A stretch of 47,806 bases of DNA from Thermoanaerobaculia bacterium. Lineage in GTDB: Bacteria > Acidobacteriota > Thermoanaerobaculia > Multivoradales > UBA5704. The notes beneath the pieces were generated by a model. It was not told the DNA's origin. It was given only the letters and a program-made list of their open reading frames with translations, and did no database searches. The DNA lies in the NCBI GenBank assembly GCA_046714475.1, contig JBKKAU010000178.1, forward strand, positions 1-47,806, given 5' to 3'. The position numbers were made by a program, and so were the translations under genes. This document shows, one piece after another, positions 1 to 7,803 of this stretch (its first letter is position 1; each line of letters begins with the position of its first letter).

Positions 1-370
1 CCCCGACCCTCTTCTTCTCCGATCGCACCTCCACCTGAACCTGGCCGGCGGCTTCGGGACGGACGAGGAGCATCTCTGTTCCCCAGCGCTCCAGCGGGCT
101 GTCGACGGCGGCGAGAGCCGCGCCGTCCGGGCCATGAATCTCGAGGATGAGATCGATCCCGGTTTGCTCTACGGTAAGGAGGTAGGTCTTGCCGGCGGCG
201 AGCACGGCGCGAAAGGCCTGCGCTTCGCCGGCGGCCAGAGACCGCTCCACGGAGGTTCCGGAAGTGACGACCGTCTCGTCGATCTTCGCCGCTGCCGCAG
301 ACGGAGCTGTCGGCGGAGTCGCGGCAAAAAGCACCGCGAGGAGCGTCAGGAGGATCGGAGAGACCACCAT
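1..370 (-). CDS. Secreted protein, N-terminal part only (runs off left edge); signal peptide plus PPC (pre-peptidase C-terminal)-like beta domain
   Basis: Hand translation of the minus strand from ATG at 368-370 gives MVVSPILLTLLAVLFAATPPTAPSAAAAKIDETVVTSGTSVERSLAAGEAQAFRAVLAAGKTYLLTVEQTGIDLILEIHGPDG... The frame stays open to base 1. It is absent from the ORF track because it has no in-window stop. Confidence 0.45.
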   Translation of the reverse strand, partial: MVVSPILLTLLAVLFAATPPTAPSAAAAKIDETVVTSGTSVERSLAAGEAQAFRAVLAAGKTYLLTVEQTGIDLILEIHGPDGAALAAVDSPLERWGTEMLLVRPEAAGQVQVEVRSEKKRVG

Positions 371-374
371 GCTC

Positions 375-563
375 TCAGCTTGAACGAGACTTCCGCAGCG
401 CCGCGACCAGGGCCAGCGCCGCGACCTGGGCGAGGGGGACGACGGCGAAATGCGCCAGGACCTCCCGGGAGAGCCGGAGAGGGGCGCCGAGGAGCCAGCC
501 CGAGGCCAGCCAGCCGGCGGCGTAGGTCAGGGTGAGGAGCAGCCAGACCGCGAGCCACCTCAT
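375..563 (-). CDS. Small hypothetical membrane protein (2 predicted TM helices)
   Basis: 62-aa ORF, hydrophobic (MRWLAVWLLLTLTYAAGWLASGWLLG...VVPLAQVAALALVAAL). Its stop lies 4 nt before the next minus-strand ATG. No clear RBS. Confidence 0.3.
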   Translation of the reverse strand: MRWLAVWLLLTLTYAAGWLASGWLLGAPLRLSREVLAHFAVVPLAQVAALALVAALRKSRSS

Positions 564-606
564 GATGAGGCCATAGTATCCTGGGAGCCCGGAAAGGGAG
601 GACGGT

Positions 607-1290
607 ATGAGCGAGCTGGATCAGGACCTCTGGGAGACGTTGGGCCTCCTCTTCAAGCCCCACCCCTGGCACGGGGTGCCGATCGGGCCGGAGGCCCCGC
701 AGGTCGTCACCACGTACGTCGAGATCGTGCCCACCGACACGGTCAAGTACGAGATCGACAAGGCCAGCGGCCACCTCAAGGTCGACCGGCCGCAGAAGTT
801 CTCGAACGTCTGCCCGACCCTCTACGGCTTCATCCCCCAGACCTATTGCGGCGATCAGGTGGCCGCCCTCTCGCACGCGCGCACCGGCCACGACACGATT
901 TCCGGAGACCGCGACCCGCTCGACATCTGCGTGCTGTCGGAGAAAGCCTTCTCGCATGGCGACTTCCTGCTCCAGGCCATCCCCATCGGCGGGCTGCTCC
1001 TGCTCGACAAGGAGGAGGCGGACGACAAGATCATCGCGGTCCTCCAGGGGGACGTCGCCTTCGGCCACTTCCGGGATTTGAGCGAGCTGCCGGACGCCCA
1101 GATCGAACGTCTCAAGCACTACTTCCTGACCTACAAGCGGCCCCCCGGCGCGGCGGACAACGTCGTCGACATCCCCTATGTCTACGGCCGGGAGGAGGCT
1201 TACGAGGTGATCCAGAAGAGCCGCGACGACTACCGCGAGCGGTTCCCCGACGTCAAGGCGCGGATGCTGCGGGCGCTGCAGAGGGCGTGA
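607..1290 (+). CDS. ppa: Inorganic pyrophosphatase, family I
   Basis: 227 aa. GGGAGGA RBS before ATG 607. Typical soluble PPase pattern (YVEIVPTDTVKYEIDK..., DPLDICVL, DDKIIAV). Confidence 0.9.
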   Translation: MSELDQDLWETLGLLFKPHPWHGVPIGPEAPQVVTTYVEIVPTDTVKYEIDKASGHLKVDRPQKFSNVCPTLYGFIPQTYCGDQVAALSHARTGHDTISGDRDPLDICVLSEKAFSHGDFLLQAIPIGGLLLLDKEEADDKIIAVLQGDVAFGHFRDLSELPDAQIERLKHYFLTYKRPPGAADNVVDIPYVYGREEAYEVIQKSRDDYRERFPDVKARMLRALQRA

Positions 1291-1293
1291 CGT

Positions 1294-4200
1294 TCAGGTC
1301 CCGAACGCGGCCGACGCCGCGGGGCCGTAGCAAGCGTCCAGCACTTCGGCGGCGGGGCCGGGGCGGCCGATGTAGTAGCCCTGGGCGTAGTCGAGCCCGT
1401 TCTCCTGCAGCCAGGCCAGGGTCTCGGCGTCGCCGACGTACTCGGCGACCGTCTGGATGCCGAGGCCGCGGGCCATCTCCACCATCGCCTTGACCAGGTT
1501 CTGGTTGACGGGGTCGGAGGGGAGGTTCTCGATGAAGCTGCCGTCGATCTTGAGCAGGTCGACCGGCAGGTGCTTGAGGTAGTAGAAGGACGAGAAGCCG
1601 ACGCCGAAGTCGTCCACCGCGAACTGGCAGCCCAACCTTTTCAGCGTCTCAATGAAGCGGCCCGCCTGGTTGAGGTCGGTCACCGCCGCGGTCTCGGTGA
1701 TCTCGAGCACCAGACAGGCCGGGTCGATGCCGGCCGACAGCAGCTCGCGTTGAATGTAGGGCAGCATGTCGAGGTCCGAGAACGCCGAGCCGGAGAGGTT
1801 GACCTCCAGGCAGAGGTCGCGGCCCAGGCCGCGCTGGTCGGCGATCAGGCGGATGGCGTGGGAGACGACCCAGCGGTCGATCTCGCGCATGACGCCGAAG
1901 CGCTCGGCCACGCCGAGGAACGACTCGGGGGCGAGCACGCGGCCGTCGTCGGCGATCATGCGCAGGAGCAGCTCGAAGCGGGCGACCTCGCCGGTCCGCA
2001 TCTCGACGATCGGCTGCAGGTAGAGCTGGAACTCGTCGTGCTCGAGGGCCTCGCGGATGTGCGCGATCCGCTCCATGCCCGAGGAGAGCCGCACCTGCCA
2101 TTCGCGGTCGCCGGAGAAGACCATGATGCGGTTGCGCCCCTCCTGCTTGGCCCGGTACATCGCGACGTCGGCGTGGGCCAGCAGCTCCTCGGTCGTGGCC
2201 CCGTGCTCGGGGTAGAGCACGATCCCGATGCTGGCGGTGGTACGGACCGGCTTGCCGCCGGCCACCAGCGGACGGCGGATGCCGTCGAGCAGCCGGGCCG
2301 CGACCCGCTGCGCCTCGTCCCGGTCGGCGAACGGCAACAGCACGGCGAACTCGTCACCTCCCGGGCGGGCCAGGATGTCGGCCTCCCGGATGTGCTCCCG
2401 CAGCGAGCTCGAGACCTTGACGAGCAGCTCGTCGCCGGCCCGGTGGCCGAGGGTGTCGTTGATGTCCTTGAACTGGTCGAGGTCGCACCAGAGGAGCGCG
2501 CCGTGGACCAGGTAGCGGTGGGCCTGGGAGAGCTGGATCTTGAGCTCCTCCTCGAAGCGGTGACGGTTGAACAGGCCGGTCAAGGCGTCGTGGTTGGCGA
2601 GGTGGGTGAGCCGCGTCTCACTTTCGCGGAGGGCCTCCTCGGCCTGCTTGCGCTCGGTGATGTCGGTGATCATCCCCAGCACGCCGGCGTAGCGCCCCCC
2701 CTCGTCGTAGATCGGGCTGGCGGAGACGATCGTCCACAGCGCCGAGCCGTCCTTTCTCCGGAAACGGAAGTCGTGCTGGCCGGCCACGCCCTGCCGGCGC
2801 AGGTCGAGGTAGGACTGCGCCGCCGGATGTTCCCTCTCTTCGAGGAAGTGGAGGAGCGGCATGTCGATCATCTCTTCGACGGTGTAGCCGAGCATGGCGG
2901 CCACCTTGCTGTTGGCGAAGCTGGTCCTGCCCTCGGCGCTGACCACCCAGACCCCCTCCTCGGCGGTCTCGATGAGACGGCGGTAGCGCTCCTCGCTCTG
3001 CCGCAGCAGCGCGTGCTCGCGCCGCAGGGCCTCCTCGTTCCGGCGCAGCGCCTCCTCGGCGCGCTCCTTCTCGGCGATCCGCTCCTCCAGGCTGCGGATC
3101 AGGTCGCGGAGCCGGGTGGTCATGGAGTTGAAGGCCTCGGCGAGCTGCCCCGCCTCGTCGCGGCTGGCGACCGGCGCCTGGGCCTCGAGCTCGCCGGCGG
3201 CGACCCGCCGGGCCACCGCGGTCAGCCGGGTGATCGGCCGGGAGAGCTTCTGGGCCACCCCGATGGCGAGGGCGGCCACCGCGGCGGCGATCACCAGGCC
3301 GAGGAACGACGTGTCCCGTGTGTTGCGGAGGGCGGGGGCGAGGAAGACCTCCCGAGGCTGGAAGAAGGCCACCGTCCAGGGCTGGCCCCTGACCCGGGCG
3401 ACCGCGGCGGCGTAGACGGCGGGGCCGGTCTCACTCAGCCGGGTCGTGAAGTACGGCTCCGAGCCGTCGACCTGGGCCAGCCCGGCCTCGAGGTCGTTCT
3501 GGTCCGCGGAAAGCTCCTCGGCCGGCCCCGGCGGCAGGCGGCGCTGCGCCTGCAGCGAGGTGAGGAGGGTCGGCGGGAGAGGCGTGACCGTCTTGAACAG
3601 CACCTCGGCCGCCCGGGGGTGCGACCAGAGGCCGTACGCCAGGACGAGACGGTTCTCGTCGAGCAGCAGGCCGAAAGAGCGCTCCCCCGCGAGCCCGTAG
3701 GCCTGGACGAGCCACTGCTGCAGGATCCTGGCGCTGTAGCGGGCCCGGAGGACCCCGACCGCCGCGCCGGACCGGTCGCGGACCGGAGCGCTGAAGTGGA
3801 GGTAGGCCGTGCCGGTCCGGGGCGAGAACTCCACGGCCGAGACGGCGGGCTGTCCGGTCTCGAGCGGGCCTTTGAAATAGGAGGCCGCGGCCTCGGACGT
3901 GCCCACGTTGCCGGCCTGGGTGTCCGCCACGTTGCGGCCCTCACGGTCGAGCAGGCCGTAGGAGACGATGAACACCGGGTCTTTGCGGGCGAAGGTCCGC
4001 AGCACGCCGAGCACGCCTTCCACGCCCCCCTCTTCGCGCCGGCCGGCGAGGTGCTCCGCCAGGACCGGGAGCTGCGCCTCGGTACCGACCAGATTCAGGT
4101 TGGTCTCGATGAACATGTCGAAGCTGGCGGCGGTCTGCCGGGCCGCGACGGCGAGCGATTGATTGGCGGCGTCGGTCAGCGCCCGCCGCGTCGCCCGGTC

Positions 4201-4329
4201 GTTGAGCAGCGTCAGCAGGCCGAGCGGGACGACGGCGACCAGCAGGAACGCGGCGAGCAGCTTGGTGCGGATCGACCGGTCGGCCGGCGACCGCCAGAGA
4301 CGGGAGTCCGCGCGTCCGCGGGCCGGCAC
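1294..4329 (-). CDS. Membrane sensor: dCache - HAMP - PAS - GGDEF - EAL (c-di-GMP cyclase/phosphodiesterase)
   Basis: GTG at 4329 preceded by GGAGGGAG. The upstream 202 codons of the 1213-aa track ORF are an Arg/Pro-rich overprint of the SBP gene. Domain evidence: TM (LLAAFLLVAVVPLGLL), Cache-like periplasmic region, second TM, HAMP (PITRLTAVARRVAAGELE), PAS, RPGGDEFAVLL, and EAL region (ELLLR, DDFGVGFSS). Confidence 0.9.
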   Translation of the reverse strand: MPARGRADSRLWRSPADRSIRTKLLAAFLLVAVVPLGLLTLLNDRATRRALTDAANQSLAVAARQTAASFDMFIETNLNLVGTEAQLPVLAEHLAGRREEGGVEGVLGVLRTFARKDPVFIVSYGLLDREGRNVADTQAGNVGTSEAAASYFKGPLETGQPAVSAVEFSPRTGTAYLHFSAPVRDRSGAAVGVLRARYSARILQQWLVQAYGLAGERSFGLLLDENRLVLAYGLWSHPRAAEVLFKTVTPLPPTLLTSLQAQRRLPPGPAEELSADQNDLEAGLAQVDGSEPYFTTRLSETGPAVYAAAVARVRGQPWTVAFFQPREVFLAPALRNTRDTSFLGLVIAAAVAALAIGVAQKLSRPITRLTAVARRVAAGELEAQAPVASRDEAGQLAEAFNSMTTRLRDLIRSLEERIAEKERAEEALRRNEEALRREHALLRQSEERYRRLIETAEEGVWVVSAEGRTSFANSKVAAMLGYTVEEMIDMPLLHFLEEREHPAAQSYLDLRRQGVAGQHDFRFRRKDGSALWTIVSASPIYDEGGRYAGVLGMITDITERKQAEEALRESETRLTHLANHDALTGLFNRHRFEEELKIQLSQAHRYLVHGALLWCDLDQFKDINDTLGHRAGDELLVKVSSSLREHIREADILARPGGDEFAVLLPFADRDEAQRVAARLLDGIRRPLVAGGKPVRTTASIGIVLYPEHGATTEELLAHADVAMYRAKQEGRNRIMVFSGDREWQVRLSSGMERIAHIREALEHDEFQLYLQPIVEMRTGEVARFELLLRMIADDGRVLAPESFLGVAERFGVMREIDRWVVSHAIRLIADQRGLGRDLCLEVNLSGSAFSDLDMLPYIQRELLSAGIDPACLVLEITETAAVTDLNQAGRFIETLKRLGCQFAVDDFGVGFSSFYYLKHLPVDLLKIDGSFIENLPSDPVNQNLVKAMVEMARGLGIQTVAEYVGDAETLAWLQENGLDYAQGYYIGRPGPAAEVLDACYGPAASAAFGT

Positions 4330-4331
4330 GT

Positions 4332-5777
4332 CTAGGCTCCCTCCTGGGAGGCCAGGGCATTGGCGGCGGCCTGGTCCATGGCGCTCAGGGTGGCCCGGAC
4401 CCCTTGCTGCCCGGTGGTCATGCGGCCGAGCTCGACCGCCAGGTCGAGAGACAGGCGCGGCCAGGCCGGAAGGTGCGGCTCGTTGCCGAGGTGGTGGAGG
4501 ATGGCGTCCCGCGCGACGTCGAAGTGGCGGGTGGTGCCGGCCCCCACGCGCGCCCGCTCCCGCACCCGGGGGTCGTCGTAGACGCTCTGACGGGTGGCGC
4601 TCGCGCCGCTCCCCAGCAGGCTCACCCGGGTGAGCACGTCGGCGCTCGTGGCCCATTGCAGGAGCACCCAGGCGGCCTCGACGTGCCGGCCGTGCCTGGA
4701 GATGGCCAGGCTGCTGCCGCCGTGATGGCTGACGCCGGGCTTCTCGCCGAAGGCGCATTCGGCGCCGGTGCGCAGGGCCAGCGGGCGGGGCGCCGGAAAG
4801 GCCTCCGCCCGTCCTTCGAGGACCGAGGTCTCGGGGTCGTCCAGGTATGGGAAGAGCTCGCTGCTGCCGAGATAGATGCCGGCCTGACCCTGAGCGAAGC
4901 TCTCCGTCTCCCCCAACCAGTCCCACGTCGTGCACCCCGGGGGCATGTTCTTGCCCAACTCCAGCATGTACTCCATCCCGGCTGCGGCCTTCTCATCGGC
5001 GAGCGCGGGGGTCTCGTCGGCCCGGAAGAAGGAGCCGCCGTGCCCCCAGAGCCAGGGCGCCATCCTCTGGAGCAACGAAGAGTGCCCGGGCTTCCACCCG
5101 CCCGTGGTGCCGTAGACCCGGGGCGCCCTGGCCTGTTGGATCGCCCGCACCGCTTCGAGGTATTCGGTCAGCGTGGTCGGCGGCGACAGGCCGAGGTCTT
5201 CGAAGAGGTCCCGGCGGTAGACGGTGACCCAGATGGGGATGTCGAACGGGATGGCGGCGAGGCGGCCCCGGTAGGAGGCGACGTGCTCCAGGAGGGGGGG
5301 CAGGAAGTCGTCGAAGTCGTAGCCCGGATAGGCGAGGCCCGCCTTCGCCATCAGCTCCCGGGGGTCGATGCTGTCGTCGACGAACCGCCCGATCCAGGAC
5401 TGGTCCCAGGCGAAGATGTCGTAGTAGCCGGCGCGGCTGGCGGTGTCCTGACCGATGGCGGCGAGCACCCGCTCCAGGGGCAGCCGCTCCCACAACACCT
5501 CGATCCCGGTGACCGGAGTGAACTCCTCGCGCAGGATCTTGACCGTGGCCCTGCTGGACGGGCTGTCCTCGCTGACGACGCGGAGCGTGGTGCCCGAGAA
5601 GGTGCGTCCGACGTCGCGCAGGAACCTCTGGCCGTCGGTGCCGGGGATGCTGGCGGAGAGCGGGCCGGGGGTGTCCCGAAGGGCCTCCCGCGCGGGAGAC
5701 GCGGGTGGCCGCTCCCGGCAGGCCCCCAGGAGGCCCAGGCCGCCCGCGCACAGACGCAGGAAGCGGCGGCGGCTCAT
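4332..5777 (-). CDS. ABC-type extracellular solute-binding protein (family 1, sugar-like), Tat/lipoprotein-type signal
   Basis: MSRRRFLRLCAGGLGLLGAC signal (twin-Arg plus lipobox-like Cys). Family-1 SBP-like body. The track start at 5810 is also possible. Its stop at 4332-4334 lies 2 nt from the GTG of the downstream sensor gene. Confidence 0.8.
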   Translation of the reverse strand: MSRRRFLRLCAGGLGLLGACRERPPASPAREALRDTPGPLSASIPGTDGQRFLRDVGRTFSGTTLRVVSEDSPSSRATVKILREEFTPVTGIEVLWERLPLERVLAAIGQDTASRAGYYDIFAWDQSWIGRFVDDSIDPRELMAKAGLAYPGYDFDDFLPPLLEHVASYRGRLAAIPFDIPIWVTVYRRDLFEDLGLSPPTTLTEYLEAVRAIQQARAPRVYGTTGGWKPGHSSLLQRMAPWLWGHGGSFFRADETPALADEKAAAGMEYMLELGKNMPPGCTTWDWLGETESFAQGQAGIYLGSSELFPYLDDPETSVLEGRAEAFPAPRPLALRTGAECAFGEKPGVSHHGGSSLAISRHGRHVEAAWVLLQWATSADVLTRVSLLGSGASATRQSVYDDPRVRERARVGAGTTRHFDVARDAILHHLGNEPHLPAWPRLSLDLAVELGRMTTGQQGVRATLSAMDQAAANALASQEGA

Positions 5778-5962
5778 TGCCAGGCATTGTTGGCGGTCGA
5801 CGTCGTACATGCTTTGAAAGAGCCCGGGCGGGAGCTCCGGATTCCCGCTTACGCTAGCGCTGCATCACTGAATGTCGTACCCATCGTAACAAGAATGAGA
5901 CATATCGGGAAACCTGTCTGGCTTCCGGCGGCGTCCCGGAGCCAGGGGGAGGGGAACGCCCC

Positions 5963-6847
5963 TCAGGGGGCCTTGCCGGCCAGCGTCTTGTAAGTCTTGA
6001 GGTGCTTGAAGGCGGCCTGGCGGTCGCCGAGCTTCTCGTAGACGACCGACAGGTTGAAGTGGGCGTCGGCATTGGCGCCATCGCCGGTGAGCGCCATCTG
6101 GTAGGCGTGGGCGGCCTCCTCGAGCCGCTCCTGGTCCTGCAGGGCGACGCCCAGGTTGTAGGCGGCGGTGGAGTCGCTCGGCCGGGCGCCGAGCGCCAGC
6201 CGGTAGTGCATCTCGGCCCCGCCGACCTCGGCGCGCTCGTGGAGCATCCGGCCGAGGTTCAGGTGGGCGTCGGGCAGGTCGGGGTTGATCTGGAGCGCCC
6301 GGCGGTAGGCGGCCATCGCCTCCTCGGGGGCCGTGCTCTCGAGGTCGCAGCCCTGCTCGTACCACTCGTCCGCGGTCACAGGGTCCCGGCGCTCCGCCGG
6401 CTCCGCTGGTTCCGCCGACTCGGGAAACCGGCGGGTCTCCTCCCGCTCGCGGCGGGCGAACGACGCGGCCTCCCGCGCCAGCTCCGCGACCTCGAAGTCG
6501 AAGAGGGCCTGGCCCGACTCGGGGTCCCAGACCTCGCCGCCGTCGCGGACCACCACCTGGCTGCCGCGGGCGGAGATGCGGACGCCGGAGAGCGGCCGGC
6601 CGGGGAGCTGCTGGTTGAGCTTGCGCAGGGCCAGGCGGATGCGGCGGTGGGGGACCTGCGCGGCCAGCAGCCCTTTGGCCGTGCGCAGCAGGATCAGGTC
6701 CTGGAAGGAGAAGCGGTACTCGCCCCGTGTCCCCTGGCCGGGGCTCAAGAAACCGTCGCGCACGAACGAGCGCACCTGCTCGATCGAGAGACCGAGCAGG
6801 GCGGCTACGTCGCGTGTCGAGTATCCGCTGAGCGCGGGGCGATCCAT
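5963..6847 (-). CDS. MerR-like HTH domain protein with C-terminal TPR repeats
   Basis: N-terminus YSTRDVAALLGLSIEQVRSFVRDGFL...YRFSFQDLILLRTAK is MerR-type HTH. The C-terminus carries TPR-like repeats (AMAAYRRALQINPDLPDAHLNLG..., AHAYQMALTGDGANADAHFNLS...). Confidence 0.7.
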   Translation of the reverse strand: MDRPALSGYSTRDVAALLGLSIEQVRSFVRDGFLSPGQGTRGEYRFSFQDLILLRTAKGLLAAQVPHRRIRLALRKLNQQLPGRPLSGVRISARGSQVVVRDGGEVWDPESGQALFDFEVAELAREAASFARREREETRRFPESAEPAEPAERRDPVTADEWYEQGCDLESTAPEEAMAAYRRALQINPDLPDAHLNLGRMLHERAEVGGAEMHYRLALGARPSDSTAAYNLGVALQDQERLEEAAHAYQMALTGDGANADAHFNLSVVYEKLGDRQAAFKHLKTYKTLAGKAP

Positions 6848-6872
6848 CCCGCCCAGTGTACTACCCTACGCT

Positions 6873-7778
6873 TTACCGCTTGGAGCTTTTCTTTTTCGGT
6901 GCGGACGTGTCCGCCGCGACCTGTTCCACGCGCCGCCGCGGCGACGGCTTGGGCGGTTTGCGGCTGGCCAGCGAGACCGTGTTCTCGGCGGCGCTCTCCT
7001 GCGGCCGGGCCGCGGACAGGCTGGCCTTGAGCGCCTCCATGAGGTCGATGATCTGCGCCTTGGGGACCTCGGGCGGGGCGGCGGTGATCTCCTGGCCGGC
7101 GACTTTCTGCTCGATCAGCTCGCGCGTCCGCTTGCGCACGTTGTCCTCGTACTCCTGGGGACGGAACTCGTCCGACGCGATCTGGTCGATGAGCTGCACG
7201 GCGAGCTTGAGCTCCTGGTCCTTGACGTCGGCCGGGGCGACCGGGACCTCGTTGAAGGGCCGGATCTCGTCGGCGTAGCGGAGCTGCTGCAGGATGAGGC
7301 CGTCCTCGAACGGGCGCAGCAGCACCAGCTGGTCCTTGCCGCGCGCCGCGTAGCGGGCGAGGGCCGCCCGGCCGGTCTGCTTCATCGCCTCGGCGAGCAG
7401 CCGGTAGGGCCGGTCGCCGCCGCGGTCGGGCCCCAGGTAGAAGGACTTCTCGAAATAGATCGGGTCGACCTCTTCGAGCGGCACGAATTCCGTGATCTCG
7501 ATGGCGTTGGTCGGCTCCGGCGTGAGGGCTTTCAGCTCTTCTTCCGTAAAGAGGACATATTGCCCCTTCGCGTACTCATAACCTTTCACCATTTCATCTC
7601 TGCCGACTACAACATTATCCGTCGGGCAGATATATTGTTGCTTCAAGCGCGAACCGCACTTCGAATGCAACATGTTGAGCTGGACGCTGACCGCGCTTTC
7701 CCCTGTGGAATAGAGCTTTACGGGGATCGTCACGAGTCCGAACGAAACGGTTCCGGAGGAAAAGGGTCGTAGGCTCAT
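6873..7778 (-). CDS. ku: Ku DNA end-binding protein (NHEJ)
   Basis: The true start MSLRPFSSGTVSFGLVTIPVKLYS is at 7778. The track ORF is extended by 187 codons into ligD antisense. Ku core followed by a Lys-rich C-terminal tail (APKKKSSKR). Confidence 0.9.
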   Translation of the reverse strand: MSLRPFSSGTVSFGLVTIPVKLYSTGESAVSVQLNMLHSKCGSRLKQQYICPTDNVVVGRDEMVKGYEYAKGQYVLFTEEELKALTPEPTNAIEITEFVPLEEVDPIYFEKSFYLGPDRGGDRPYRLLAEAMKQTGRAALARYAARGKDQLVLLRPFEDGLILQQLRYADEIRPFNEVPVAPADVKDQELKLAVQLIDQIASDEFRPQEYEDNVRKRTRELIEQKVAGQEITAAPPEVPKAQIIDLMEALKASLSAARPQESAAENTVSLASRKPPKPSPRRRVEQVAADTSAPKKKSSKR

Positions 7779-7803
7779 TGGTGTAATATACCATTTCTTT
7801 TCA

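Noticed and set aside
1570-4335. Very long ORFs antisense to or overlapping real genes (for example 1570-4335+, 4404-5993+, 7801-9792-, 8721-12518+, 25065-26681+, 25348-27111-, 27635-30091+, 30124-32403+, 33586-35493+, 38679-40154-, 40966-42198-, 43238-45829+, 45823-46950+)
   Set aside because: Their translations are dominated by Arg/Pro/Gly/Ala/Asp runs with no recognisable motifs. Each lies opposite or out of frame with a gene that has clear family signatures. These are typical shadow ORFs of high-GC DNA.
5949-5964. GAGGGG-aacg-CCCCTC hairpin overlapping the stop codon of the MerR/TPR gene
   Set aside because: Short stem, no T-tract. Likely incidental in GC-rich DNA.
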